A DNA stretch of 64,000 nt, taken from the NCBI GenBank assembly GCA_964458595.1, contig CAYWJQ010000003.1, forward strand, positions 123,116 through 187,115, given 5' to 3'. Each line of letters opens with the position of its first letter. Position 1 is the stretch's first letter. Positions 41,830 to 50,759 of this stretch are shown in pieces. Made by a program: the position numbers and the translations under genes. The notes beneath the pieces were generated by a model. That model had not been told where the DNA came from. It saw only the letters and a list, made by a program, of their open reading frames with translations, and made no database searches. Source of the DNA: an uncultured Thermoplasmata archaeon. GTDB taxonomy: Archaea; Thermoplasmatota; Thermoplasmata; Halarchaeoplasmatales; Halarchaeoplasmataceae.

Positions 41830-44025
41830 CTACATTACCTCACTGTCGGGAGAAAGATCCTTATCTAGTTTGATCGCTCCCTCGCTGTCCTTTAAAACGA
41901 GAGCATTTTTTTCTCCGATCAATGCGACGCTAGTACCCTCGAACGGTTCTTCATCCAACGGTTCTAGCTCCTTTCCCGCTTGAACTCTTCCATCTTTCGA
42001 GACGACGCTCTTGAAATCATACTCTTTGAATTCTTCGAAAGATATCTTCTCAGCGTCACCGTTAGTCTTTTGAATGTTTTCTCCTATCGAACCCTCGGGT
42101 CTGAGCAAGGAAACGGTATCGTCTTCTTGAGCAGCTAACATCATTCCTTCGGATTTAATCCCTCTCAATTCTGCAGCTTCCAGATTGGCCACTACAGCTA
42201 TTTTTCTACTTTCCATTTCGGATCTATCGTAATAGGGTTTGAGTCCCGCGACCAACGTTCTTTCCTCGTCACCTAAGTCCACCCTCGTTACGTAGAGTTT
42301 ATCGGCATTGGGATGCTCTTTGACTTTCGTTATCTTCCCTACTCTGAGATCAAGCTTTTTCATAGACTCCTCAAGTTCTGATCCCTTCCTCATCTCTTCG
42401 AGATCGATGGTATCGTAGAGAGGTTCGGGTTCTTTCAACTTGATTCCTACTTCAAGAGGTTCTAAAGCTTCTTTCCACTCCTGATCGTGAACGCTCTCTT
42501 GACTTTCAGAAAGATAATCCCAAAGAGTTTCCATGCTTTTAGGAAGATAAGGAGCAGCGGTGATGCAGAGCGTTTTCACCATCCTTAAAGAAATATTCAG
42601 AGTAGTGGCTGCAGAATCTTTATTGTCCGGTATATCTTCCCAGGGAGCCTTATCGTTGAAGTACTTATTTCCCATGCGAGAGAGCTCTAGTACTTTTTTA
42701 AGTCCCTTTTTGAATTTTCTGTTTTCTATATACGCTCCGATACTCTCGGTTTTATTTTCGATCTCGTCCAGTATCTTCTCGTCCCTTTCGTCGAGTTCTC
42801 CAGGCTCTGGTACTTCTCCAAAGTTCGAGTAAGTGAATGAGAGGACCCTGTGTATAAAGTTGCCTAGATTACCAACCAATTCGGAGTTTATCTTGTCCTC
42901 GAATTCGTCCCAGTCGAAATTCGTATCTTTGGTTTCCGGCATTATGGCGGTTATGTAGTAGCGGACCGCATCGCTATCGAAATCTTCCAATATGTCTGGA
43001 AGAGAAACGATAGTACCTCTAGAGGTTGAGAACTGTTCTCCCCCGAGCCTCATGTACTGGTTCGCCGGCACATCATAAGGCAGATTCAGTTCGCTATCAT
43101 ACCCCATCAACATCGAGGGCCATATGATCGTGTGGAAAGGTATATTATCCTTCGCTAGAAAGTAATAATGCTCTGCTTCAGAATTTTTCCAGAATTTTGT
43201 CCAATCTCCATCCGTCTCTTCGGACCACTTGATGGAGGTGGAAAGATAACCGATGACGGCTTCGAACCACACGTATATCTTCTTTTCTTCGTAACCTTCT
43301 ATAGGTACGGGTATCCCCCAATCCATATCTCTAGAGATAGGACGATCTTCAAGTCCCTCGTTCAACCAACTTTTAGTAAAATTCAGCACGTGATCTTTCC
43401 AGTGATACTTATCTTCCAAATAATCCTCTAGAACATTCTGGAAATTCGAAAGTTTCAAGAAAAAGTGTTCACTCTCTCTCATCCTGGGTTCTTCACCGCA
43501 GTGCTTACATTTCGGATCGATAAGATCTTCTGGATCTAAAAGCGTTCCGCATTCGTCGCATTGATCCCCCTTGATCTCTTCCTGTCCGCATTCCGGGCAT
43601 GTACCTATCACGTACCTATCGGGGAGAGACCTCTCACAATTGTCGCAGTAGAAAGTTTCCATAGAATCTAGATAGATGTGATCTTTCTCGTAAAGGGTCT
43701 TAAAGATATCTCTAACTACCCTTTTGTGAGTTTCATTCATGGTGTATGTGAAAAGCGAAAATTCTACGTTCAGGTCCTGTAAAGCTTTAGAATTTATTTT
43801 ATGATATTTTTCGGCGGTTTCTTCAGGTGTTAGACCTTCCTCTTCGGCTGTAACGGTAACGGGAGTTCCATGTTGGTCTGAACCTGAGACCATCAGAACT
43901 TCATTGCTTTTCATCTCATGATAACGTCTAAATATGTCCGGTGGAAGGTAACAGCCACCCACTTGACCTATATGGATCGGGCCGTTGGCATAAGGCCATG
44001 CTACTCCTATGAGGATTCGTTTCAT
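41830..44025 (-). CDS. metG: Methionyl-tRNA synthetase with C-terminal tRNA-binding (Trbp111-like) domain
   Basis: AWPYANGPIHIG, SGSDQHGTP, Zn knuckles, YVWFEA, KDNIPFH, FSTSRG and HPNADKLY motifs; start MKRILIG at 44025. Confidence 0.97.
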   Translation of the reverse strand: MKRILIGVAWPYANGPIHIGQVGGCYLPPDIFRRYHEMKSNEVLMVSGSDQHGTPVTVTAEEEGLTPEETAEKYHKINSKALQDLNVEFSLFTYTMNETHKRVVRDIFKTLYEKDHIYLDSMETFYCDNCERSLPDRYVIGTCPECGQEEIKGDQCDECGTLLDPEDLIDPKCKHCGEEPRMRESEHFFLKLSNFQNVLEDYLEDKYHWKDHVLNFTKSWLNEGLEDRPISRDMDWGIPVPIEGYEEKKIYVWFEAVIGYLSTSIKWSEETDGDWTKFWKNSEAEHYYFLAKDNIPFHTIIWPSMLMGYDSELNLPYDVPANQYMRLGGEQFSTSRGTIVSLPDILEDFDSDAVRYYITAIMPETKDTNFDWDEFEDKINSELVGNLGNFIHRVLSFTYSNFGEVPEPGELDERDEKILDEIENKTESIGAYIENRKFKKGLKKVLELSRMGNKYFNDKAPWEDIPDNKDSAATTLNISLRMVKTLCITAAPYLPKSMETLWDYLSESQESVHDQEWKEALEPLEVGIKLKEPEPLYDTIDLEEMRKGSELEESMKKLDLRVGKITKVKEHPNADKLYVTRVDLGDEERTLVAGLKPYYDRSEMESRKIAVVANLEAAELRGIKSEGMMLAAQEDDTVSLLRPEGSIGENIQKTNGDAEKISFEEFKEYDFKSVVSKDGRVQAGKELEPLDEEPFEGTSVALIGEKNALVLKDSEGAIKLDKDLSPDSEVM

Positions 44026-44094
44026 GTTTAGAAGAAATATGTCCTGGGATATAAATTCAATGATTCGATTCCTGCTCGAGCGGTACAAAAACTA

Positions 44095-44174
44095 GAGATT
44101 AGATTTTCTCATTTTATTCGAAATTCTACCAGTTCACAAATCGGAGATTTATTCATGAACCAAGGTTCAAACCC
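44095..44174 (-). repeat. Degenerate copy 1 of the tRNA-associated structured element
   Basis: Same order of three hairpins as 44187-44290: AGATTTTC/GAAATTCT, ACAAATC/GATTTAT, GAACC-AA-GGTTC, followed by AAACCC. Confidence 0.65.
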
Positions 44175-44186
44175 TTTTAAAAAAAG

Positions 44187-44290
44187 ATGCAGGCGACGGG
44201 ATTCTGCTCAGAATATTCACTCTGTTCATATTCTAGGCGCTCACAAAATCAAAAATCGATTTTGTTCGTGAACCCAAGGGTTCTCATCCC
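44187..44290 (-). repeat. Copy 2 of the structured element, including a 17-bp duplication of the tRNA-Gly 3' end
   Basis: ATGCAGGCGACGGGATT at 44187-44203 equals 44323-44339; a 65-nt double-hairpin insert (44204-44268) sits between GGGATT and TGAACCC. Confidence 0.8.
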
Positions 44291-44323
44291 TCTGTCTTCT
44301 TTTTTTCCGAAAAGGTAGTCAAA

Positions 44324-44396
44324 TGCAGGCGACGGGATTTGAACCCGTGCTATGAGCTTGGAAGGCTCAGATCCTACCAAACTAGATCACGCCTGC
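44324..44396 (-). tRNA. tRNA-Gly(TCC), intronless, CCA not encoded
   Basis: GCAGGCGTGATCTAGTTTGGTAGGATCTGAGCCTTCCAAGCTCATAGCACGGGTTCAAATCCCGTCGCCTGCA folds as a 73-nt cloverleaf with anticodon loop CT-TCC-AA. Confidence 0.97.
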
Positions 44397-44594
44397 AACT
44401 ATTTTGATTGATTACAATAAGGGTGATATTAATCTTTTCTGCTTCTATGTCTTACGGCGGATTTGTTTTCCTTTATTTTCAAGATTTTACTGTAAGAATT
44501 GAATGAATATCACCATTTGAAATCTATTTGAACGGCTCATCTTCCGATAGATTTTTATTGTTTGCCATCAATCAGCTTGTCGGACGTGAATGAC

Positions 44595-44984
44595 ATGATA
44601 GGCGACTTCATCAAGAAAAAGACCCATTTCAAGGAAAAAAAGGGAAAAGGACCCGAGCTGGGTTCTGAAGAATACATCGATCTCACCCACATGGCCGAGG
44701 AAGAAGAGGAAAAAGTTTTCGAAGCAGATACTTTGATAAAGATAGCCGAAGTCCATCGGTACGAGGATGTCAGAGACGTAACTGAAGAATTGTATGACGG
44801 CAACATACTGTTGGTCGATGTGGAAGCTATCGCTGGAAGTGAAGATTCTTTGAAGAGAGTACAGAGCGAGCTCAAGGCGGTCGCTAACGAGGTATCTGGT
44901 GATATCGCTAGAGTAGGCAATAACTTTATAGCCGTAACTCCAGAAGATATCGGTATCGACAGGAATAAGATAAAACCTTTCTAG
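44595..44984 (+). CDS. sepF: Cell division protein SepF (archaeal)
   Basis: EEYIDL, IKIAEV..YED...ELYDGNILLVD and GDIARVG...IAVTP...IDR pattern. Confidence 0.85.
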   Translation: MIGDFIKKKTHFKEKKGKGPELGSEEYIDLTHMAEEEEEKVFEADTLIKIAEVHRYEDVRDVTEELYDGNILLVDVEAIAGSEDSLKRVQSELKAVANEVSGDIARVGNNFIAVTPEDIGIDRNKIKPF

Positions 44985-45034
44985 GTCTTTCATCCTATTC
45001 CTTTCGTTTGGATATGGGTCCTTTCGACCTTCAC

Positions 45035-45979
45035 TTATCCGTCTAGGGCTAGCCCTTTTTCTGTTGATTTGAGAATGTAGGAAGTGCCACCTTTTTTTTC
45101 TATCTCTTCGGAAACTCTTTCTGGTCGATCTGTCAACGCTATCATCGAGCCACCGCCCCCCGCTCCGGTCAGTTTCGCCCCGTAAGAAAATTTTCTCGCT
45201 CCCCGGATCAATTTTTCCAATTTAGGATGACTGACACCCAGAATAGAAAGTAGACGATGGTTCTTATTCATCAATTTACCCACTTTTTCCAGATCACCGT
45301 TTTCCAAAGACTCGGCGCCTTCTATAACGATCTCGCCTATATCTCTGATTATCTCTTTAGCGAAGTTGCTCTTGTGGTAAAATTTGCGCACTTTCTTAAC
45401 TAGAGGTCCGGTCGGGGAATGTACACCGGTATCGCCCACCACGAAATCGATATCGGGTATCTCTCGATGATGTATGTTCCATGTGGTATCTTCTCGATTT
45501 ATCTTCCACATGAAGTCCTCTTTTTTTTCTTCTGAGACCATCACCGCATTACCATGGGTGGAAGTCGAGGTATCTATCGGACTCGCTCCCCCTTGAACTT
45601 CATACTCGATATCGAAAGCGTCCTTTGCTATAAATTCCTCTTCGAACTCTTCCCCCAAAAAGCTTCGCAAACAGCCCAACGTTGAAACTGTCACGGCTGC
45701 CGAAGACCCCATGCCGGCTCCACTAGGCAGTTCACTCTCTGTTTCTATATTCAATTTTTTTTCTGTACCTACTTTATCTATACAATCCAGTATATAACTG
45801 TGATATTTTCTCTCTATAGGATATCCGTTCACAAAAGTTTCCGTGTCTGAAGGTGAGATCTTACAGGTAGTGCGTTTATTCACCGCTAAAGCCAGTGCCG
45901 GCTCTCCGTAAACAACAGCGTGTTCTCCGAATAAGATCACTTTTCCGGGGGCAGAAGCTTTTGCTGTCACAACATACAA
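45035..45979 (-). CDS. mvk: Mevalonate kinase
   Basis: SAPGKVILFGEHAVVYG, P.GAGMGSSAA, ASPID and AKLTGAGGGG motifs. Confidence 0.95.
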   Translation of the reverse strand: MYVVTAKASAPGKVILFGEHAVVYGEPALALAVNKRTTCKISPSDTETFVNGYPIERKYHSYILDCIDKVGTEKKLNIETESELPSGAGMGSSAAVTVSTLGCLRSFLGEEFEEEFIAKDAFDIEYEVQGGASPIDTSTSTHGNAVMVSEEKKEDFMWKINREDTTWNIHHREIPDIDFVVGDTGVHSPTGPLVKKVRKFYHKSNFAKEIIRDIGEIVIEGAESLENGDLEKVGKLMNKNHRLLSILGVSHPKLEKLIRGARKFSYGAKLTGAGGGGSMIALTDRPERVSEEIEKKGGTSYILKSTEKGLALDG

Positions 45980-46012
45980 AAATAGAATTGGTACTTAATG
46001 GTTGCTGAAGAT

Positions 46013-46891
46013 CTATAGGTAACTGAAGTCAGTAGACATCTTTCTCAACCGTTTAACTCTCTCTTCGGTCGGCGGGTGTGATGAAAAGAGTCTTACGAAT
46101 AGGCTCTTCTTGAACGGATTAACTATGAAGAGTGAAGAGTTTGTCATGCTTTTGCTTTTCATCGGATTCCGCCTATTTTCCGATTCCAATTTTTCTAAGG
46201 CCCTGGCTAGAGCGCCCGGATTTTTCGATATCTCCGCACCTTTCTCGTCTGCCTTGAATTCCCTTTTTCGAGATATAGCCATCCTGATTATTATCGCACC
46301 TATGGGGGCTAAGACCATCGCTACCAGCAAGATGGGGTTCATCCTTTTTTGTCCCCTACCGAAAAACATCTGAAACCAGACTATCCTAGCCATAATAGTT
46401 ATCGCTCCGGCGAGGGTCGCGGCTATACTCATAACGAGCATATCTCTATCCTTGATATGTCCTATCTCGTGGGCTATAACACCCTTGAGCTCTTCTTCAT
46501 TGAGTGTTCTGAGTATTCCTTTCGTTGCTGCTACCACTGCATTATCCTCGTTCCGCCCGGTGGCGAAAGCATTGGGTGTATCGGACGGGATTATCGCGAC
46601 CCTCGGCATCTTTATATCCGCTTCATAGGCCACTTCTTTCACTATATTGTAGAGCTTAGGATTGTCCGATTCTTCTATTATCTCGGCACCGTGAGCTCTT
46701 AGTATCAATTTATGGCTGTAGTAATAAGAGCCCAGGTTTAAGGCCGCTGCGAGGATGAGAAATAGGATAGTACCTAGTATCCAATTTCCTAGTAAAAATC
46801 CTCCGATAAGGTACCCTATCACTATGAATAAGAGCACCATGAAGGCGAATAATCCACCGGTCGTAGCTTTGTAACCCATCAATTCTTTCAT
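46013..46891 (-). CDS. htpX: Zinc metalloprotease HtpX (M48)
   Basis: PNAFATGR, HEIGH, ISR.REF.AD and SHPP motifs. Confidence 0.95.
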   Translation of the reverse strand: MKELMGYKATTGGLFAFMVLLFIVIGYLIGGFLLGNWILGTILFLILAAALNLGSYYYSHKLILRAHGAEIIEESDNPKLYNIVKEVAYEADIKMPRVAIIPSDTPNAFATGRNEDNAVVAATKGILRTLNEEELKGVIAHEIGHIKDRDMLVMSIAATLAGAITIMARIVWFQMFFGRGQKRMNPILLVAMVLAPIGAIIIRMAISRKREFKADEKGAEISKNPGALARALEKLESENRRNPMKSKSMTNSSLFIVNPFKKSLFVRLFSSHPPTEERVKRLRKMSTDFSYL

Positions 46892-46999
46892 GTGTTTTAG
46901 GCTGTAAATAAAGGTTTTGATAGATTATGGTGAAGCATATAGTTATCCATAGATTCAATTACGCATATCAAAAAATCTTTTACAGGAAAGTACGATAGG

Positions 47000-48244
47000 A
47001 TGGTCGTGAATGGAAAGAACAAGAATCGAAGATTTCTTTCTCGCGTTCTTCGAGATCATTATTCGACCGTAGACCTTTCACTTCCTTACAGGTTTACGAT
47101 GCGTGAGTTCGCCTTCATCTATTTCGACAGCGAAGGCATGCACAGACCCGTAGCTTTCAATTCAAAAAAAGAAACTAAAGAGTTCTTGAAAGAGAAGACT
47201 CCACTCCATTCTTATTATTCCACCGCTTACTATTCTAACCCTGAGGCGCCCATGGCCGATAAAGAATGGCTCGGCGCCGATCTGGTCTTCGATCTGGACG
47301 CCGATCATCTCGCCGGCAGCGAGGATATGAACTACGTGGAGCAGTTGAAAAAAGTCAAAGAAAAATGTATGCTCTTGATCGAAGACTTTTTGATAGAGGA
47401 TTTCGGCTTCGAAAGAGAGGATCTGGACCTATATTTCTCTGGGAATAGAGGTTATCACGTCCACGTTAGACGGAATGAAATATTATCCCTTTCCAGTCAA
47501 GCAAGAAGGGAGATAGTCGATTATATCACAGGTGTAGGACTAGATTTAGACGTCATACTTCCTTACGAAACCGTCAAAGTGGGTGAGTACAAAGACATCG
47601 ATAACATAAAGAAGTCTCCGATCCTTCCGGATGTCGAAAAAGGAGGGTGGAAAAAGAAAACGAGAACCTTGACCTCGGAATTACTAAAACGATGGAACCA
47701 GATGCCTAAACGGGAGGTCCTCAAGGAGATGGAAGAGAAACATGGGGTGGGAACGAAGACTGCCGAGGGGTTATATGACGATCTTTTCGAGAAAGGAAAA
47801 TGGGAAACGATAATCAGCGAGGGAGTCTTAGACGTATTTTCTGAAGATAAGAGGATGGTGAACGTTTCGACGTTCGAAAAGATAATAGAAGGGATTTTGA
47901 AGGAAGAGAACGTTCAGGAGATCGGTTCTCAGATCGTCGGTTCTACTGACGAGCCCGTGACTGGGGACACAAAAAGACTGATCAGGCTTCCATCTTCCAT
48001 ACACGGCGGGTCTTTTTTGACGGTAGAGAAGATCGATATAGATTCATTCGATACTTTCGATCCTCTGAGTGATGCGACTCTCGATTTCTTGACTGAAAAA
48101 GAATATAAGATCGTTTTTGAAACTCTGCCGGAAATAGGCGTTCTAGAGATCAAAAATAGCTTTTTCGACATCGAAAAAGAGATGGAGATCCCAGAGTTTG
48201 CGTTACCGTTCTTCATATCGAAGCTAGGGGCGAAAGTCCTATAA
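47000..48244 (+). CDS. priS: DNA primase catalytic subunit
   Basis: REFAF, YYSTAYY, LVFDLDAD, FSGNRGYHVHV and DEPVTGD.KRLIRLP motifs. Confidence 0.95.
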   Translation: MVVNGKNKNRRFLSRVLRDHYSTVDLSLPYRFTMREFAFIYFDSEGMHRPVAFNSKKETKEFLKEKTPLHSYYSTAYYSNPEAPMADKEWLGADLVFDLDADHLAGSEDMNYVEQLKKVKEKCMLLIEDFLIEDFGFEREDLDLYFSGNRGYHVHVRRNEILSLSSQARREIVDYITGVGLDLDVILPYETVKVGEYKDIDNIKKSPILPDVEKGGWKKKTRTLTSELLKRWNQMPKREVLKEMEEKHGVGTKTAEGLYDDLFEKGKWETIISEGVLDVFSEDKRMVNVSTFEKIIEGILKEENVQEIGSQIVGSTDEPVTGDTKRLIRLPSSIHGGSFLTVEKIDIDSFDTFDPLSDATLDFLTEKEYKIVFETLPEIGVLEIKNSFFDIEKEMEIPEFALPFFISKLGAKVL

Positions 48245-48272
48245 GGGAAAATACCAATAAAGAATCAGTTTT

Positions 48273-49175
48273 ATGCCAGAAAAAAGGGCACCTAAAAATG
48301 GACCAAGTCCTGAACTCAGGAAAAAACTGGAAGATCTCGAAGACAAAGTAGAAAAGCCCTCACAGATAACCAGAATCAAAAGGTTACAAGATCTTCAGGA
48401 AAAATTAGAGGGCGCCCATAAGATAGAAAGGTTGAAAAACATAGAAAAAAAGGTGATACTAGCCCAAGTAGTCGGGATATTGATCTTTTTTCCCATAATA
48501 ATGTATGTCAACGGCATCTCCCTCGAACCTTTCTATCTTCCACTTTATCATTCTTCCCTGATGGTGTTGATCTGGACGTTGATACTTTCTCTTCAGGCAT
48601 TCATGTTCAAGATCATAGAGATAAAACGTCACGAGAGTTACAGTGCAAAATATATAATAGCGAGAAGATCGATCAGACGAGCTATACCGGTCGTTGTCAT
48701 CGCTTTGATCATCCTTACCTCACTTTACACGCCTTACGTGGTCGAGGAGATCAATTCGAGATCTTCCGTCGATCAAAGGATCGAACTGAATAGAAACGGA
48801 TATAATCAAGTAGAGTTGACGAACAAGGGCAGACTTGATTTTAGAGTATTGAAGAATTTGACCGTAAATCCACATCATTCTAGCGTCAGGGTAAGGATAT
48901 ATGATAAACAAACTAAAAATGATATAATCAATGAACGAATAAATAAAACCACTACTTTTCAGAAATTCAATACGAACGAATTCAGTGAACTCGTTCTCAG
49001 AGTTAACTCCTCTCATGTTTCCCAGGTCAGCTATAATACCCATGTGAAATTGAATCCGACGAAACGTACAGCGTTCACCTTATTGTCATTTTTCTATATC
49101 GCGATATTTTCTGAATGGGCCGCTCTGTTGTATCCGATCAAAAAGAGGTATTCGGGCGTAGGGATATATCATTAA
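48273..49175 (+). CDS. Hypothetical membrane protein
   Basis: Charged helical N-terminus and about 4 TM segments; follows priS. Confidence 0.75.
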   Translation: MPEKRAPKNGPSPELRKKLEDLEDKVEKPSQITRIKRLQDLQEKLEGAHKIERLKNIEKKVILAQVVGILIFFPIIMYVNGISLEPFYLPLYHSSLMVLIWTLILSLQAFMFKIIEIKRHESYSAKYIIARRSIRRAIPVVVIALIILTSLYTPYVVEEINSRSSVDQRIELNRNGYNQVELTNKGRLDFRVLKNLTVNPHHSSVRVRIYDKQTKNDIINERINKTTTFQKFNTNEFSELVLRVNSSHVSQVSYNTHVKLNPTKRTAFTLLSFFYIAIFSEWAALLYPIKKRYSGVGIYH

Positions 49176-49969
49176 AAAGAACAGCATTTTTCTAAGCGCA
49201 CGACCTCATGATTTTTTTTCATCCATTTTTCTGTTCTTTTCGAAGGTAGAACTATCCCTTTAACTCCCCGTTTAAGGGCTTGGATCTCCATCTCTGGGCG
49301 TCCCTTTTCCCTCATGCAGCCCAGGATTGTTTCAATACCTTCGTCGACCTGATCCACTACAGAGAGAAGATTTTCTTTTTTCACGCTCTTACCGAAATTC
49401 AGCGGTATCAAGGTATTTAGAACTAATTTTTCCGGCTTATCTATCATCTCCACCGCCTTGAATTCACCTTTCAATACCCCTCCATTAAGACCTACCGTGA
49501 TATGAGGAACCACTTTCAGTCCACGATCGCGCAAACTATCATAACCTTCTTTATAATCTTCAGGGGTCGCATCTATCCCGTAGATATTTTCGATCGTTTC
49601 TTTAGATCCGATCATATCGTAGGAGACGATATCGATTTTACTTTCGATGAGTTTTTTTATCACTCTCTCGCTGGGAATACCGGTGTGAACGTTTATTTGA
49701 AGCGAGGTCTCTTCCTTTATCCTTTTAAGTTTATCGCAGAAATCTACTATCGGCACTCTACCTTTTTCATCACATCCGCCACTGAGGAGAAAACCGTTTC
49801 CTCCTGAATCTTCTAATTTTTTGGCAAAACTGTAAAGATCGTCTGGATCCGATATATTTTCCATGCTCTCGAGAAATCTTCCATCGCAGTGAGGGCAGGC
49901 AAGCGAACAAGAGTTGCCAGTGACCGATATACTGGGAAACTTATCCCCAGGGTGATACAATTTTTTCAT
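49172..49969 (-). CDS. Radical SAM protein (biotin-synthase-related, uncharacterised)
   Basis: SISVTG..CSLACPHC, LLSGG and VVPHI.VGL motifs. Confidence 0.88.
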   Translation of the reverse strand: MKKLYHPGDKFPSISVTGNSCSLACPHCDGRFLESMENISDPDDLYSFAKKLEDSGGNGFLLSGGCDEKGRVPIVDFCDKLKRIKEETSLQINVHTGIPSERVIKKLIESKIDIVSYDMIGSKETIENIYGIDATPEDYKEGYDSLRDRGLKVVPHITVGLNGGVLKGEFKAVEMIDKPEKLVLNTLIPLNFGKSVKKENLLSVVDQVDEGIETILGCMREKGRPEMEIQALKRGVKGIVLPSKRTEKWMKKNHEVVRLEKCCSF

Positions 49970-50219
49970 TATTATTTTGAGATGGGAGGTGATAAATAAT
50001 CTTGTGGTACATTGAACTGGTTGACCTGCTTTGTCTTTGACTATACTTGTTTATGAGTAGGGGGAAAACAGATGGACGATAAGATCAAAAGTTAAGACCA
50101 TAGGATCAGAGAAAATTGATGTATCTTGGTTGGTATTGAATGATAAGCTTTAATTATAGATAAATGGATTACTATCCCATTCAGTAGACTTTTGTTTATC
50201 AAGCTTTGCGAGGTAAAAT

Positions 50220-50759
50220 ATGGTTAATTTTGAGATGATCGGTGTTTTTATTGCTGCTACTGCGGGCCTACTAAGTGTGGCCATGGCTTTGATTTTTATC
50301 TATTATTCCTACAAAAATGCGTTAGAATTGAAGGGGGCTATTGGTAAGTTTCTCACGGCATTGGGGTCTGTTTTCTTTTTGATGCCCGGATTCTTATATG
50401 CGGGAGGAAGTATAGAAGCGGGTCTAGGGTCAGTTTTGAGGTATATTGCTTTTATACTATTTTTAGTCGGCCTTCTTTTGATGTTGAATGGCGCAGTATT
50501 CACTCTTAGAATTTTCTATAGAGAGGAAGATAAAAAATCTCCGATGAAGATATTGAAAAGACTCCCTAATGGTACTTATTTGATGGTAGGTTATATGGCC
50601 TTGGTCTTCGTTGCTTTCCCTTTCTATATGTTGAGTATATATGCCTCTGTAAGAACGATCTATGGATACATCGCATTGCTCGGTGTTGTGGTCTGTTATT
50701 CCTCATTTGCCATAGGTGAAAAAAATTGTATTCGAAGCTCACTGTTTCCACATCTTTAG
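50220..50759 (+). CDS. N-terminal membrane domain of a split sensor histidine kinase
   Basis: GAGGT RBS and about 5 TM helices; overlaps the next ORF in the -1 frame at an A7 run (50719-50725). Confidence 0.7.
   Translation: MVNFEMIGVFIAATAGLLSVAMALIFIYYSYKNALELKGAIGKFLTALGSVFFLMPGFLYAGGSIEAGLGSVLRYIAFILFLVGLLLMLNGAVFTLRIFYREEDKKSPMKILKRLPNGTYLMVGYMALVFVAFPFYMLSIYASVRTIYGYIALLGVVVCYSSFAIGEKNCIRSSLFPHL

Noticed and set aside
44187..44290. A second tRNA-Gly with a T-loop intron
   Set aside because: There is no 5' acceptor strand, D-arm or anticodon arm; only the T-arm and 3' end are present. It is reported as a repeat element instead.
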